A stretch of DNA of 64,000 nucleotides from an uncultured Planctomycetia bacterium. GTDB lineage: Bacteria > Omnitrophota > Gorgyraeia > JABMRG01 > JAFGKX01. Positions 8,527 to 18,766 of the stretch are shown piece after piece (position 1 is the first letter of the stretch; each line of letters opens with the position of its first letter). Location: positions 7,313 to 71,312 of the forward strand of contig CAZMYR010000002.1 in assembly GCA_964570585.1 (NCBI GenBank), read 5' to 3'. The notes under the pieces were generated by a model, which was not told the origin of the DNA, did no database searches, and saw only the letters and a list, made by a program, of their open reading frames with translations. Made by a program: the position numbers and the translations under genes.

Positions 8527-10326
8527 TTACTTATAAAGTATTAGAGATCGGTCTAACAGATTCCTTTGCCTTTTTAACTCATCTTGTGCGTAACGCAACG
8601 GGCCTGCAAAATAAATTTTATCCCTGCTTAAGGAAAATCGCTCGATTTTAAATACCTGCTTCTGATTAAATACTCTATGGGCCTTGCCTGTTAACCTATT
8701 GGCTATATTTACCGGCGCATTAAACGGACCTAATTTGCCCTCTAAGATAGTAAACATAATCCATTTCTGAGGGCTATATTCTCCTTTAATCAAATCCGTT
8801 TCAATGTGTTTCTCAAGGGTCATTTTGCCTAATGCATAAAATTTGAAATTTTTTGGCCCTATTTTTACAAATCCACTAACCCGGATGTGGTCTTTTTTAG
8901 GAAACTCCAGTTTAAATCCTATAACAGAAAGCCCTACCACTTTGGCGGCTCGGTTTAAACTCTTCCTTACATAATTGGTCAGAAATTCTGGATCGACATC
9001 GATGGTTAAAATTTCTCCTTTGCCAACATTTTGCTGAAGAGCCGCGTCGATACTTCCTTCAATCATATAGACAGCGTACCAGGCAGCTGTCTCTTCCCCC
9101 AACCTTAAGGCCCGGCCTAAAACAGGGACGGTTGACCAAACCTTAGTAATGGCCTCGCCTTTTAGCCCTTCCGGCACCTTGGTTAATTGCTCAAAAGGGG
9201 TTTGTTTTATCTCTAATTGTTCTCTGGACAATTCTAACAATGCCGAACCTGAATAATCCCTTACTACCTCAGCCGTTATTTTGTTTGCTTTATCTAAATC
9301 ATTTAAGTCAAAAATGTATGTAAATTTTGAAAGCATTAAAGAGGTAGACGCAACTGCCGAATCACCGTGTTTATGAGCAAGGTCTCTGAATAATTCCGCA
9401 GCTTTTTCGTAATCTCCTTTTCTCTTAAAAGCATCGGCAATCTGGAATCTACTACTTGAAATCAACTTTTCTTGTTCGGATTCCTGAATTAGGTCTTTAA
9501 AATATTTTATGCTTTGGTCTAAATCACCGGCTTGTTTATTTGTCCAGCCTAAATAAAATTTGGCTTTTGTAGCTAAATCCGAATCCGGGGCTATATCCAA
9601 TACTTTGCTAAAGTAATCTCTGGCTTGGTTAAAATTCAACAATTGAGTCTTTAGCAATCCTAATCTAAAGTATGTCTTTAATATATCATCGATATCGGTC
9701 AACTGGTTAAGGCCGGAGACTAATTCATCGCATTCTTCCTTTAAAAGCAATTGCTTATTTAAATTTATTGACAGGGCTTTAGCAATATCCGCATATCGAT
9801 TGGTGCCCCCTGATTTAATTATATCTACATACAAACTCCTGGCTTTACTGAAATCACCGTTGCGATGGGCAACGACTGCTTCTTTTAAATCCTCTCTGAG
9901 CTGCTGGGTACTTTTTCTTCTCGCAAATGCAAATGTATTGCCGATTCCTTCTTTAAAGACCAAGGCCGAGGCGTCTAATGATTTTAAAATATTGGGTCTT
10001 CGCTCGGCCTTTTCATCTATTAAATTTGACAGAACTATCTGTACGTCTTTAGAGATTGTCCTTTCAGAAATAGTAGAGTTTAAATAATCTAATTTTGCCA
10101 GTCGAGACTCATCAAAACCTTCTTTTGCCACTTCGCCGGCGCTGCTTATATCTAACAGCAATGCCACCCCCAGGGTATCTCCTATCCTTAAAGATTGCAA
10201 AGAGCCATCCAAAGCCATCAATGATTTATCCAGAAGGAAATTATTATAACCGATGAAAAATATTACCAGCAGAAAAATTATAAAGGCGATTGTTAGGGTA
10301 AGCCGAAGCGGAAAAGAAATCTTCAT
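8527..10326 (-). CDS. Membrane-anchored TPR-repeat protein
   Basis: N-terminal TM (LTLTIAFIIFLLVIFFIGY). Multiple TPR-like repeats (YFKLGWTNKQAGDLDQSIKYFKD, YEKAAELFRDLA). Confidence 0.6.
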   Translation of the reverse strand: MKISFPLRLTLTIAFIIFLLVIFFIGYNNFLLDKSLMALDGSLQSLRIGDTLGVALLLDISSAGEVAKEGFDESRLAKLDYLNSTISERTISKDVQIVLSNLIDEKAERRPNILKSLDASALVFKEGIGNTFAFARRKSTQQLREDLKEAVVAHRNGDFSKARSLYVDIIKSGGTNRYADIAKALSINLNKQLLLKEECDELVSGLNQLTDIDDILKTYFRLGLLKTQLLNFNQARDYFSKVLDIAPDSDLATKAKFYLGWTNKQAGDLDQSIKYFKDLIQESEQEKLISSSRFQIADAFKRKGDYEKAAELFRDLAHKHGDSAVASTSLMLSKFTYIFDLNDLDKANKITAEVVRDYSGSALLELSREQLEIKQTPFEQLTKVPEGLKGEAITKVWSTVPVLGRALRLGEETAAWYAVYMIEGSIDAALQQNVGKGEILTIDVDPEFLTNYVRKSLNRAAKVVGLSVIGFKLEFPKKDHIRVSGFVKIGPKNFKFYALGKMTLEKHIETDLIKGEYSPQKWIMFTILEGKLGPFNAPVNIANRLTGKAHRVFNQKQVFKIERFSLSRDKIYFAGPLRYAQDELKRQRNLLDRSLILYK

Positions 10327-10384
10327 CTTTCACCTTTCGTGGTCATCAGAATGAATCCTTCAAGCAGAAAAACTCCCAGAGGGC

Positions 10385-11440
10385 TCACTTAAGTTTATCT
10401 ATCATCTGTTTATTCTTATCTATATCTACCGGAGATTCTATGTGGAGGTGGGGCTTAGTTAATAAATCTATTAATTTTATATCGGTTAACTTATTACCTT
10501 TAGTATCAAATATAATATCTACCCGGGGTCTTAATGGATAACCTTTGTTGATAGATGCTACAATACCAATTTCTCCGTTTGTTAATCTTACCCAACTGCC
10601 TATAGGATAAATACCTATATTGTCAATCAATGACTTAATAATGTTTACCTGAAATTTGTCGGATTCTACCTCTACCAGTTCCTTTACAGCTTCATGCGGC
10701 AACTTGGCCCCTCTATAACTGCGGCGATGAGTAATTGCCTCATAAACATCTGCCAACCCGATTATCTGGGCTATCCTCTGCAATTTTTCACTGCTTAACT
10801 CTTTGGTAAAATCCTTATCGGTCAATCTTTTATGATGGCCTCTAATGGCATCGATTACATCCCCTGTTATATCTTTTACTTTTTCTAACATCCTTGCACT
10901 AACTACAGGATGCTCCTTGACTTTCTGGAGCTCTTTATGCTTCAATTTTCTGGGCAAAGAAATAATATCCTCTACACTTATCAGCCCCAAATCGTGCAAT
11001 AAACCGCCTAAGGCTATGTTTATCAAGTCGGATTTGTTCATGTTCAGCCATATTCCTATTTTAACCGCTAATAAGCACACATTGAGCGAATGCATATGTA
11101 AATAATTTCTCCCTCTATAAGCATAAAAGTAATCAAAAAGTCCCCCATTACCCAATAATATACGGTCTACTAACTTGTGTAGATAATCTATTACTAATTT
11201 AAAATCTATTGAATTGGCTACATACTCTTTTGCATCAGGGGGGTTTAATCGCTTAGTCTGCCTGACCTTATTAAAGATATCTTTTAATAAATCTATTCCC
11301 TCATTGTATAACTGTTCAATATCTGTAGCGGTATCTTTTTTTAGTGCCTTATCTAAGAGAGAGGGCACTTTTCCACCTTTGTTTTCTTTGTGAGGTTCGT
11401 CCTGTGGCCCCATCTTAATAATATCGCTTATTCTAATCAT
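10385..11440 (-). CDS. HD-domain protein (degenerate HD-GYP-like phosphohydrolase/regulator)
   Basis: H...LLHDLG...GHHKRL...D arrangement. The GYP motif is absent. Confidence 0.55.
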   Translation of the reverse strand: MIRISDIIKMGPQDEPHKENKGGKVPSLLDKALKKDTATDIEQLYNEGIDLLKDIFNKVRQTKRLNPPDAKEYVANSIDFKLVIDYLHKLVDRILLGNGGLFDYFYAYRGRNYLHMHSLNVCLLAVKIGIWLNMNKSDLINIALGGLLHDLGLISVEDIISLPRKLKHKELQKVKEHPVVSARMLEKVKDITGDVIDAIRGHHKRLTDKDFTKELSSEKLQRIAQIIGLADVYEAITHRRSYRGAKLPHEAVKELVEVESDKFQVNIIKSLIDNIGIYPIGSWVRLTNGEIGIVASINKGYPLRPRVDIIFDTKGNKLTDIKLIDLLTKPHLHIESPVDIDKNKQMIDKLK

Positions 11441-12240
11441 AACGCTAAATCCTTTGTTACTCTGTCTATTAACCCATCGTCTATATCAACCTTTTTCTCA
11501 AACATGCCCTGCATAAGGGCGATTTCGCAAATATTATTTATCTTTCTGGGCAGGCCTTCTGAATAATCCCTAATTTTATTTATGGCTTTGTCCCGGAATA
11601 GCTCTTTTTCTATGCCCGCCACCCTTAATCTATGATGTATATATTCAGCTACTCTTATATAATCCAATCCGCCTAAATGATATGCAATAGCAATCCTTTG
11701 TTTTAGTTGGGGTATATCATCTATCTTTTTTTTTAATTCCGGCTGGCCGATTAAGGCCAGGGTAAGTAAAAATCTATCGTTTAGTTGGAAGTTTAACAGG
11801 AGTCTTAATTCTTCAAAGACGTCTCTACTGTCAATAGCCTGGGCCTCGTCTATTACAATAACCGTATCCTTTTTTTTGTTATAATTTTCATACAAGATAT
11901 CATTTAAGAGGTGCAAAATCTTTAGCTTGGTCTCCGGAAGCCTATCAGCCTTTAACTGAAACACTATCTCTCGTAATAAATCAACCCTTGATAACATCGG
12001 ATTTACTATCAATGCAACATCATAATTTCCTTCTTCCAGCAATTCTTTAACAAGAACCCGGGCCAGGAGGGTCTTCCCTGCTCCATATTCGCCGGTTAGC
12101 ATAACGGCGCCTTTTTTTTGACCGATTACGTATTTTAACCGAGCATACGCCTCTTCATGCCCCGGTGAATAATAGATAAAACGAGGGTCAGGGGTATTCT
12201 CAAACGGCTTCTCATTAAGTCCCCAGTATTCTAAGTACAT
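11437..12240 (-). CDS. ExeA/GspA-like AAA ATPase (AAA_22) of the kind found in PEP-CTERM-type EPS loci
   Basis: Walker A GEYGAGKT. Walker B VIVIDEAQ. ~270 aa. Confidence 0.65.
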   Translation of the reverse strand: MYLEYWGLNEKPFENTPDPRFIYYSPGHEEAYARLKYVIGQKKGAVMLTGEYGAGKTLLARVLVKELLEEGNYDVALIVNPMLSRVDLLREIVFQLKADRLPETKLKILHLLNDILYENYNKKKDTVIVIDEAQAIDSRDVFEELRLLLNFQLNDRFLLTLALIGQPELKKKIDDIPQLKQRIAIAYHLGGLDYIRVAEYIHHRLRVAGIEKELFRDKAINKIRDYSEGLPRKINNICEIALMQGMFEKKVDIDDGLIDRVTKDLAL

Positions 12241-13982
12241 ACCAATATACTCCCCTTAAACTGTATCTTTACCTCTGTAAGTTTTTTGCTACACTTTATT
12301 AGGTCCCTATGGGATGTAGAATTGGTTTTGCAAACTAAAAATATACCATCGGCATTCGGAGAAAGGACGATAGAATCGGGGCTTCTTAACAGGCCGGGAG
12401 AATCTACGATAACGCAGTCAAACTGCCCCCGCAATTTCCTAAAAAGCCCTGCCACTGCATCGGATTCTAACAAACCGGCCGGATCACGCACCCTCTTGCC
12501 GGCGGGTAGAATCTTCAACCTGTCTAACCCGTAGGTCCCCATAACTATATCCCAATCAATACTACCGCCTAAAAGCATGTCTGTAACACCTTTTAGGCAA
12601 TCCTCTAAATTGGCTTTGCCGGATAAAATATCCGAGATACCCATCGCTCTTGTTCCTATTCCAAAAAACTTAACCACCGACATTTTGTTAAGATTGGCAT
12701 CCAGCAAAGCTATTTTCTTGCCCAGCCGAGCTAATATAATAGCTAAATTCGCAACTACTGTGCTTTTTCCAATTTTGCCGTCGGGGCTGGTGAAAACTAA
12801 AACCTTCTTATCAATATTGCCTTTAAAGGCATCCAATTTTATATGGGTGGCTAAACTGCGGTAATCATTTACATACCCGGAGGAATCATCATATGCTAAA
12901 AGCAGATGGGCCCCGACTCTTTTTTTACCGGCAGTTACTGGCTTAACCTTCTGCCCCTTTTTTGGCTTTACAAACGGGACCGTTGCTATTAGCGGGAAAT
13001 CAGGGATATTCGACATCTCAAATTCAGAGACTATAGTATCGTTAACAGCAGCTATAATCAAAGCCGCTATAAGCCCTATCAAAAGCCCCGAATAAATAGA
13101 CCTTTTGTAGATATCTGCCTTATCTAAATCGCCTATGGGCTTGCGTGGTCTGGTAGCATATTGCTCAATAACTACCGGAGGTTCTTTTATCGCCCTGGAT
13201 AAAGACTCTTTCTGCTTCTCTAACTGAGTTAAATTTTCTTGTAATTTATTATATATAGCTTGCTTTCCGGAGACATCTCGTTGTAAGGCCTTAATCCCTT
13301 TGACAACAGGAATGGACTCTAATTCTTTCTTTACGGAATCCAGTTCTGAATTGATGCTTGCTACTTCCGGATATGACTCAGTATATATTCGCAGTAGTTC
13401 TGCCCTTTTTATCTCTAAGCTGGCTATTTTTTCTTTTAAGGACTTTCTTAAACTCTCAACTGACTCCCGTTGCCTTTTAAGGGAATCTAATTGCAGCTCT
13501 AATCTGTTTAAACGCTCATTTATTTCGGCCAGCTGGATTTTATAATCTTTGTATTCGGTATCGATTCTCTCTAATCTTTTCTTTTGCGCTTCATCTAAAA
13601 ACCTCAAGCCTTTCTCATCAATCTCCATCTTATAAGTTTCTGCAATGTTATTTGCTACCATGGATATAACAAAGGGGTCTTCACCCTTTGCTTTTATAGA
13701 TAAGCGGTTATAATCGCCCGATACGTCCAATTCTATATTTTGTTTTTGTTCCTGGCTTAATAACCTCAAGTTTTTATGTCGAAAAATCCTTCCAGGTTTG
13801 TCTGCGAAACCTTCTTTTTTAAAGACATCCTGCCCGATATTTGAGAAGGTAAGTTCTGCCGAAGTTGTATAGATGATGGGGTTATAAAACAAATAAAGAT
13901 AACCGACCACAACTCCAAGAATAAGGCCTATAACTAAGAATAAAATCAGCTCTCTCTTTAATCTTTTAAGATAATTTTTCAC
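12231..13982 (-). CDS. Polysaccharide co-polymerase with C-terminal P-loop (BY-kinase-like) domain, no Tyr cluster
   Basis: N-terminal TM. Long coiled coil. TSPDGKIGKST Walker A-like. DCVIVDSPG Walker B-like. Confidence 0.6.
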   Translation of the reverse strand: MKNYLKRLKRELILFLVIGLILGVVVGYLYLFYNPIIYTTSAELTFSNIGQDVFKKEGFADKPGRIFRHKNLRLLSQEQKQNIELDVSGDYNRLSIKAKGEDPFVISMVANNIAETYKMEIDEKGLRFLDEAQKKRLERIDTEYKDYKIQLAEINERLNRLELQLDSLKRQRESVESLRKSLKEKIASLEIKRAELLRIYTESYPEVASINSELDSVKKELESIPVVKGIKALQRDVSGKQAIYNKLQENLTQLEKQKESLSRAIKEPPVVIEQYATRPRKPIGDLDKADIYKRSIYSGLLIGLIAALIIAAVNDTIVSEFEMSNIPDFPLIATVPFVKPKKGQKVKPVTAGKKRVGAHLLLAYDDSSGYVNDYRSLATHIKLDAFKGNIDKKVLVFTSPDGKIGKSTVVANLAIILARLGKKIALLDANLNKMSVVKFFGIGTRAMGISDILSGKANLEDCLKGVTDMLLGGSIDWDIVMGTYGLDRLKILPAGKRVRDPAGLLESDAVAGLFRKLRGQFDCVIVDSPGLLRSPDSIVLSPNADGIFLVCKTNSTSHRDLIKCSKKLTEVKIQFKGSILVCT

Positions 13983-13984
13983 AA

Positions 13985-14932
13985 TTAATCGTCCCCTATA
14001 CCCCAGTCGCCTTTACCAAAGGCGCGCTTGTCTCTCTGAAGATCTATATCTGTTCTCTTAGGATACCAGGGCAATATATTATCCACATTCCTATAATAAT
14101 TTGCCTGGGCTATAACTTTGGTTACATCACTTTTAAGAGTATCTATCTTGCCTACAAAATTGGTCACGGTGGAGAGCCAGCCTCTGGCCAAAAATACAAT
14201 ATCATCAGAATGAACCAATATATTTTCACCCATATCCCCTTCTCTGAATATCTTATGGACATTTACTACGATTATTTTGGTCGGCTTTCCTCTTTCCATG
14301 CTTCCTCTTACAATATAAACCTTATGAAGATTTATATCGCTGTCATATCCACCTGCCATTGCTAAGACCTCTACCATCCTTATGGGTTTGGTAAATCTTA
14401 TAATGCCTCCGCCTCCTGATTCATCTATAACTACAACCCTTTTGCCGCCAAATGCCTCTACGATAACAGAGACCTGGGGTACCCTTATGTATTTACCCAA
14501 TTTTTTCTCTATGGTATTTCTTAATCCATCTATAGTAACTCCTTTGGCCTGAATATCTCCGATGAGGGGAAAAGATATTTTCCCATCAGGTCTTACCACT
14601 ACTGTTCTTCTTAAATCCTCGACCTGCCAGACTGAGATATTTAAAACATCCCCTGTTTCCATTCTATAGTCTTCAAGCTCCCACCCTCTATCCTCTATAT
14701 CAGTGGCATAGACTAATTCAGCCTCATTTATATAATCTAATTGGCTGGTTGACTCACTGGCGGGAGACTCCGGACTTGTTGGGCTACTTCTGGTAGGCAG
14801 GGTTTGGCATCCGGAGAGAATAAACAAACATAATGTGGTCAACATAGTCACCATACACAGTGGCTGAGTTGGCAATAACAGCCTATTATGTCTTCTTTTC
14901 TTTTTTTTCATCTTTTTTACCGTAATAATCAT
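13985..14932 (-). CDS. Wza/KpsD-like polysaccharide export outer-membrane lipoprotein (Poly_export + SLBB)
   Basis: Lipobox LFILSGC. GDVLNISVW...RPDGKISFPLIGDIQAKGVT (Poly_export motif). Overlaps the upstream wzc ORF by 47 nt, so the start is probably an internal Met. Confidence 0.8.
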   Translation of the reverse strand: MIITVKKMKKKKRRHNRLLLPTQPLCMVTMLTTLCLFILSGCQTLPTRSSPTSPESPASESTSQLDYINEAELVYATDIEDRGWELEDYRMETGDVLNISVWQVEDLRRTVVVRPDGKISFPLIGDIQAKGVTIDGLRNTIEKKLGKYIRVPQVSVIVEAFGGKRVVVIDESGGGGIIRFTKPIRMVEVLAMAGGYDSDINLHKVYIVRGSMERGKPTKIIVVNVHKIFREGDMGENILVHSDDIVFLARGWLSTVTNFVGKIDTLKSDVTKVIAQANYYRNVDNILPWYPKRTDIDLQRDKRAFGKGDWGIGDD

Positions 14933-17030
14933 ATTTATAGTAATAATAGGAGCCGTACTTACCTCCGCTGGCTTCTATGCCATTAAATACCACACCCATT
15001 ATTTTTGATTGTATGTCTTTCTCGAGTTTGGCGGCTCTACGAATTGCCTTTTTAGGGGTTACATTGGCTCTTAGGCTTAATATCACAGCATCCATGTTTT
15101 TTACTAAGATTGTAGAATCGGTTACCGCAAACAACGGTGGCGAATCAACAATGATCAGGTCATATTTCTGTCTAAGGAGTGCTAAAACTTTGTCAAAGGC
15201 ATCTGATGCCAAAAGCTCTGCCGGATTATGGGGGTATTCGCCGGCAGCTAAAACGGAGAGATTCGGAATTTTGGTATCAACAAGTCTAATATCCCCTTTC
15301 CCTTGAACTAATTGGGTTAGGCCTTTTTTATTCTCAAGGCCGTAATATTTATGCAGGGTGGATTTTCTCAAATCGCAATCGATAACTAATATTTTTTTAT
15401 CTGTCTGAGCAAAAGCAAGGGCTAAATTAGCGCTTATAAAAGTCTTGCCTTCTCTAGGCACCAAACTGGTTACTAAAAGAGTTTTAATCTCTTTTCCGGC
15501 GCAACGAAACTTTATATTCGTACGCAATCCTCTAAAGGCCTCACTTACAACTGATTGGGGGGCATTTTTTAGTGGCAATGAATATTTTTTCCTTTCCTTA
15601 ATAGCGACCTCATAGACCGGTATTTCTCCTAAAATTGGGTAATCCAAGATTTGTTCTATTTCATGCATATCTTTTACAGCCATGGCGAAGTAATCAATTA
15701 AAATAGCAAGCCCTATCCCTGCACCCAAACCAAATATAACCGAGAATAGAAAATACTTTGCGGAGGTCCTTTTCTTTTCATACAGATTAAAAGGCTGTTC
15801 AGGTTTGAGAGGAGGATCTACCACTGTAAAAGTACCTGCTTCAATCAATTTGCTTGTTAAACTTAATCCCTGTAAAGAATCAACTACTTTTTGAGCCAAT
15901 TCTTCTTCAATGTGGACATTTCTTCGAAGATGAGAGTATTCAATCATCACTTTGCTTAAACCTTTTTCTATCAGGTTGGCTATTTTTCCTTCTAGCGATT
16001 CCAATACCTTTTCCTTTCTTTTTAAAGTATGGATAGCTGAGCTTACTTTTTCAGAAATTGAATGTTTTGTCTGCCCTAATCTGTCTCTGGCTTTAACAAC
16101 ATCTGGATGGAGTTCTTTATTTACAAGCAAAAGTTCGTTTAATGTTGTTTCCTGTTCAGAAAAGGTATTTAATAAATTTGCATCAACCAATGTTTCATCG
16201 TTTCGTATTATTAATTCAAATATCTCAATATCTCCTGCCGACTCTCTGGTGCCCTCTAACTCTTGTATGAAATCCCGCAGTTGACGTATTTGCGACCTTG
16301 TATCAACCAACCGTAAGGCTAATCTATCAACGCCTTCGGTTAATGGGGTTTCGCCATCCTTCACTTCTAAGACCCCAGGTATTAGTTCATTTTCTAGAAT
16401 AAATTTAGTCAGTTTAAGCTTAGCTTGTTCTAAATCATAACGGGTCTCTCTGAATTGTTTTTCTAATGATTCAAGCACTTCCTTTGCTATAAGTTTCTTG
16501 TAATTTAAGAATTCCTCTCGAGTAGCCTCAATTATTCCGTTGGTCATATTTACGACTTTTTCAGGACTATCGCCTTCAAAAAATATATCTATATAATTTA
16601 ATTCTGTTTTTATGACAAATGTCTTCGACTTAGGGTTTGCTAAAGATCTTGCATAACCTTTGTTTACATGGCCGAGTGCCTTTTTTGTAGCGCTCTCCAG
16701 AACCTCAGCGCATCTCATTAAAGTAGTAAGATCCATTACCTTTCTTTTGATTTCTCTATCTTGAACAGAAATTCCTTCTTTTAAATCTCTTGAATCTGAC
16801 TCTTTTGTTGTTATGCCCTCAGCCATTACTCTTATCCTGGCAGATGTCTTATATCTAGGGCCAAATTCTGGCTGTTTTGATTTTAGATAAAAATATACTA
16901 TAGGTATTACAATTATGGCCGTAATTAATATAACCCTCTTATGTTTGACTAAAATATAGACATATTTGAATAAAGTTTCAGCAAAAGACTCTTCTTCAAC
17001 GGTCATATTTTTTAAATCTTTCTCTGCCAT
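14886..17030 (-). CDS. Wzc-type PCP-2a tyrosine autokinase (BY-kinase) with C-terminal tyrosine cluster
   Basis: Two TMs flanking a coiled-coil periplasmic domain. Walker A PREGKTF. A' VIDCDLR. B DLIIVDSPP. C-terminus YGSYYYYKYDYYG. Confidence 0.8.
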   Translation of the reverse strand: MAEKDLKNMTVEEESFAETLFKYVYILVKHKRVILITAIIVIPIVYFYLKSKQPEFGPRYKTSARIRVMAEGITTKESDSRDLKEGISVQDREIKRKVMDLTTLMRCAEVLESATKKALGHVNKGYARSLANPKSKTFVIKTELNYIDIFFEGDSPEKVVNMTNGIIEATREEFLNYKKLIAKEVLESLEKQFRETRYDLEQAKLKLTKFILENELIPGVLEVKDGETPLTEGVDRLALRLVDTRSQIRQLRDFIQELEGTRESAGDIEIFELIIRNDETLVDANLLNTFSEQETTLNELLLVNKELHPDVVKARDRLGQTKHSISEKVSSAIHTLKRKEKVLESLEGKIANLIEKGLSKVMIEYSHLRRNVHIEEELAQKVVDSLQGLSLTSKLIEAGTFTVVDPPLKPEQPFNLYEKKRTSAKYFLFSVIFGLGAGIGLAILIDYFAMAVKDMHEIEQILDYPILGEIPVYEVAIKERKKYSLPLKNAPQSVVSEAFRGLRTNIKFRCAGKEIKTLLVTSLVPREGKTFISANLALAFAQTDKKILVIDCDLRKSTLHKYYGLENKKGLTQLVQGKGDIRLVDTKIPNLSVLAAGEYPHNPAELLASDAFDKVLALLRQKYDLIIVDSPPLFAVTDSTILVKNMDAVILSLRANVTPKKAIRRAAKLEKDIQSKIMGVVFNGIEASGGKYGSYYYYKYDYYGKKDEKKEKKT

Positions 17031-17170
17031 ATTATCTACTAACCATTTATGAAATAGAAAAATTCATCTTTTATGATTATATTATACAACATACCTATTT
17101 TATAGTAACACATACTGTTAAACCAAATCAAGAAGAAAACATCTAAACGTAACCTGTGAGGGACAATGGG

Positions 17171-17296
17171 GGGTAGGGCAGGTTTCAGTGTGCCTCAGTT
17201 TTGTCAGGGCAGGCTGAAATGTGCCATCCGACGAGAAAGTTAATGGCATATTGAAGCCTGCCCTACCATTGGTGAGGCACACTTCAACCTGCCCCA
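17171..17296. repeat. Repeat-rich structured leader between the GT4 gene and wzc (GGGCAGG / GTGTGCC motifs, direct and inverted)
   Basis: GGGCAGG at 17176 and 17207. Inverted CCTGCCC at 17258 and 17288. GTGTGCC at 17189, inverted GGCACAC at 17275. Confidence 0.35.
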
Positions 17297-17441
17297 TTAT
17301 AACTCACCCATTACCTAAATATTCGCCTTGTCCCCGTAACTGAAATTGGGGGCTTGTGGCGAAATTATTTTCGGTCAATCAGAAAGTCCCAAAAACAGGT
17401 TAGCAAATGTTCAAAGCCCCCGAATTTATCGGTGGGGATAC

Positions 17442-18602
17442 TTACAATATCTTCTCATAAGCAGAAAGCAAAGAATTAGCGCTATTTGCCCAGCTATATT
17501 CCGCTTTTGCCTTTTCTCTTGCTTTTTTTGCTAAATTTTCCCTTAATCCTTTGTTCTCTAATAAATTAAGTATTCCTTCTGCCAAAGCATAATAATCCCC
17601 TGGTCTAACTAAAACCCCTGCATCCTTAACCATCTTTTTAACTTCTCCTACGGCACTGGCCACTATTGGTTTGCCAGAAGCTAAATATTCTGCAATCTTT
17701 AAGGGGCTTTTGCAGCGGGTAACCTTTGTATCTCTAAATGGCGCTACGCATACAGTTGAAGCTGCAATATAATACGGAATCTCATCATGGGTTACGCTTC
17801 CTGCAAAAATAACTCTATTCTCTATCCCCAAATCATGGACAAGTTTTTTTAGTTTATGTTCTAAAAACCCTTCCCCTACAATCATAAACCTTGCATCTGG
17901 TTTCTTATGCAAAACTATGTTTGCTGCCTCTATAAACAAATCTACATATTGTGCTCCGTGAAGCTGGCCGATATACAGCACTAAATCTCCATTTAAGTTA
18001 TATTTTTCTTTAATATGGTCTCCATCTAAACCGGGTTTGAATTTTTCTAAATCTGCTCCAACCGGAGCACTAAAAATATATTCTTTTCTTACTCCTGAGT
18101 TAAGTGCCAGCTTTGCCAAAAAGTCACTTGCACATGATACTGAATCAGTCGATCTAAGAAGAAATTTTTCTAAGATTTTAAAAGACATACCTATAAACCT
18201 TGAATGCATACTTCTCCCAACGGACTCATACCAAATCTTCTCCTCCCAATCATCCCAATCATAATGAAGGGGTTTTTTAGTAATATAACTTGCTACTACC
18301 GCGGGTATTGAAGCATAATGGTGGCATTTTTGCAGATGAACAATATCTGCCCACCTGCATAATTTTAAAAGTCTTTTTGTATTTACAATAAATGCCTTAG
18401 GAGAAGGGGTTCTATCAAAAGGGATTAATTCTATAGAATCTATATATTTAGGATAGTGCTTGATATTTATAACCAGAGGAAAATAACACAGCTTTACCTC
18501 ATGGCTTTTTTTAACAAACCCCTGCGCAAAGCTTTTAATCCTTATGGTCCAGGGCTCAGCTTTATCAAATAGATCATGAGGGTGTATCATCAAGATTTTC
18601 AT
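17442..18602 (-). CDS. GT4-family glycosyltransferase
   Basis: C-terminal EX7E-type donor-binding region (FAGSVTHDEIPYYIAASTVCVAPF...KIAEYLASGKPIV). The track ORF extends to 18686, but MKILMIHP at 18602 is the typical GT4 start. Confidence 0.75.
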   Translation of the reverse strand: MKILMIHPHDLFDKAEPWTIRIKSFAQGFVKKSHEVKLCYFPLVINIKHYPKYIDSIELIPFDRTPSPKAFIVNTKRLLKLCRWADIVHLQKCHHYASIPAVVASYITKKPLHYDWDDWEEKIWYESVGRSMHSRFIGMSFKILEKFLLRSTDSVSCASDFLAKLALNSGVRKEYIFSAPVGADLEKFKPGLDGDHIKEKYNLNGDLVLYIGQLHGAQYVDLFIEAANIVLHKKPDARFMIVGEGFLEHKLKKLVHDLGIENRVIFAGSVTHDEIPYYIAASTVCVAPFRDTKVTRCKSPLKIAEYLASGKPIVASAVGEVKKMVKDAGVLVRPGDYYALAEGILNLLENKGLRENLAKKAREKAKAEYSWANSANSLLSAYEKIL

Positions 18603-18766
18603 GATGTTTTGTGTGGTGTTTATTAGGTGCCTATTAGCTTGATATTGGTAGTATTGTATTATACAATGTGTTAAAATTAGATACAACTATATATTGAAGA
18701 TTTGCCAAGCAGATTTAATGAGATTGCTGAAGGCCTTATATTTATCAAACATCTAATATATAAAAT

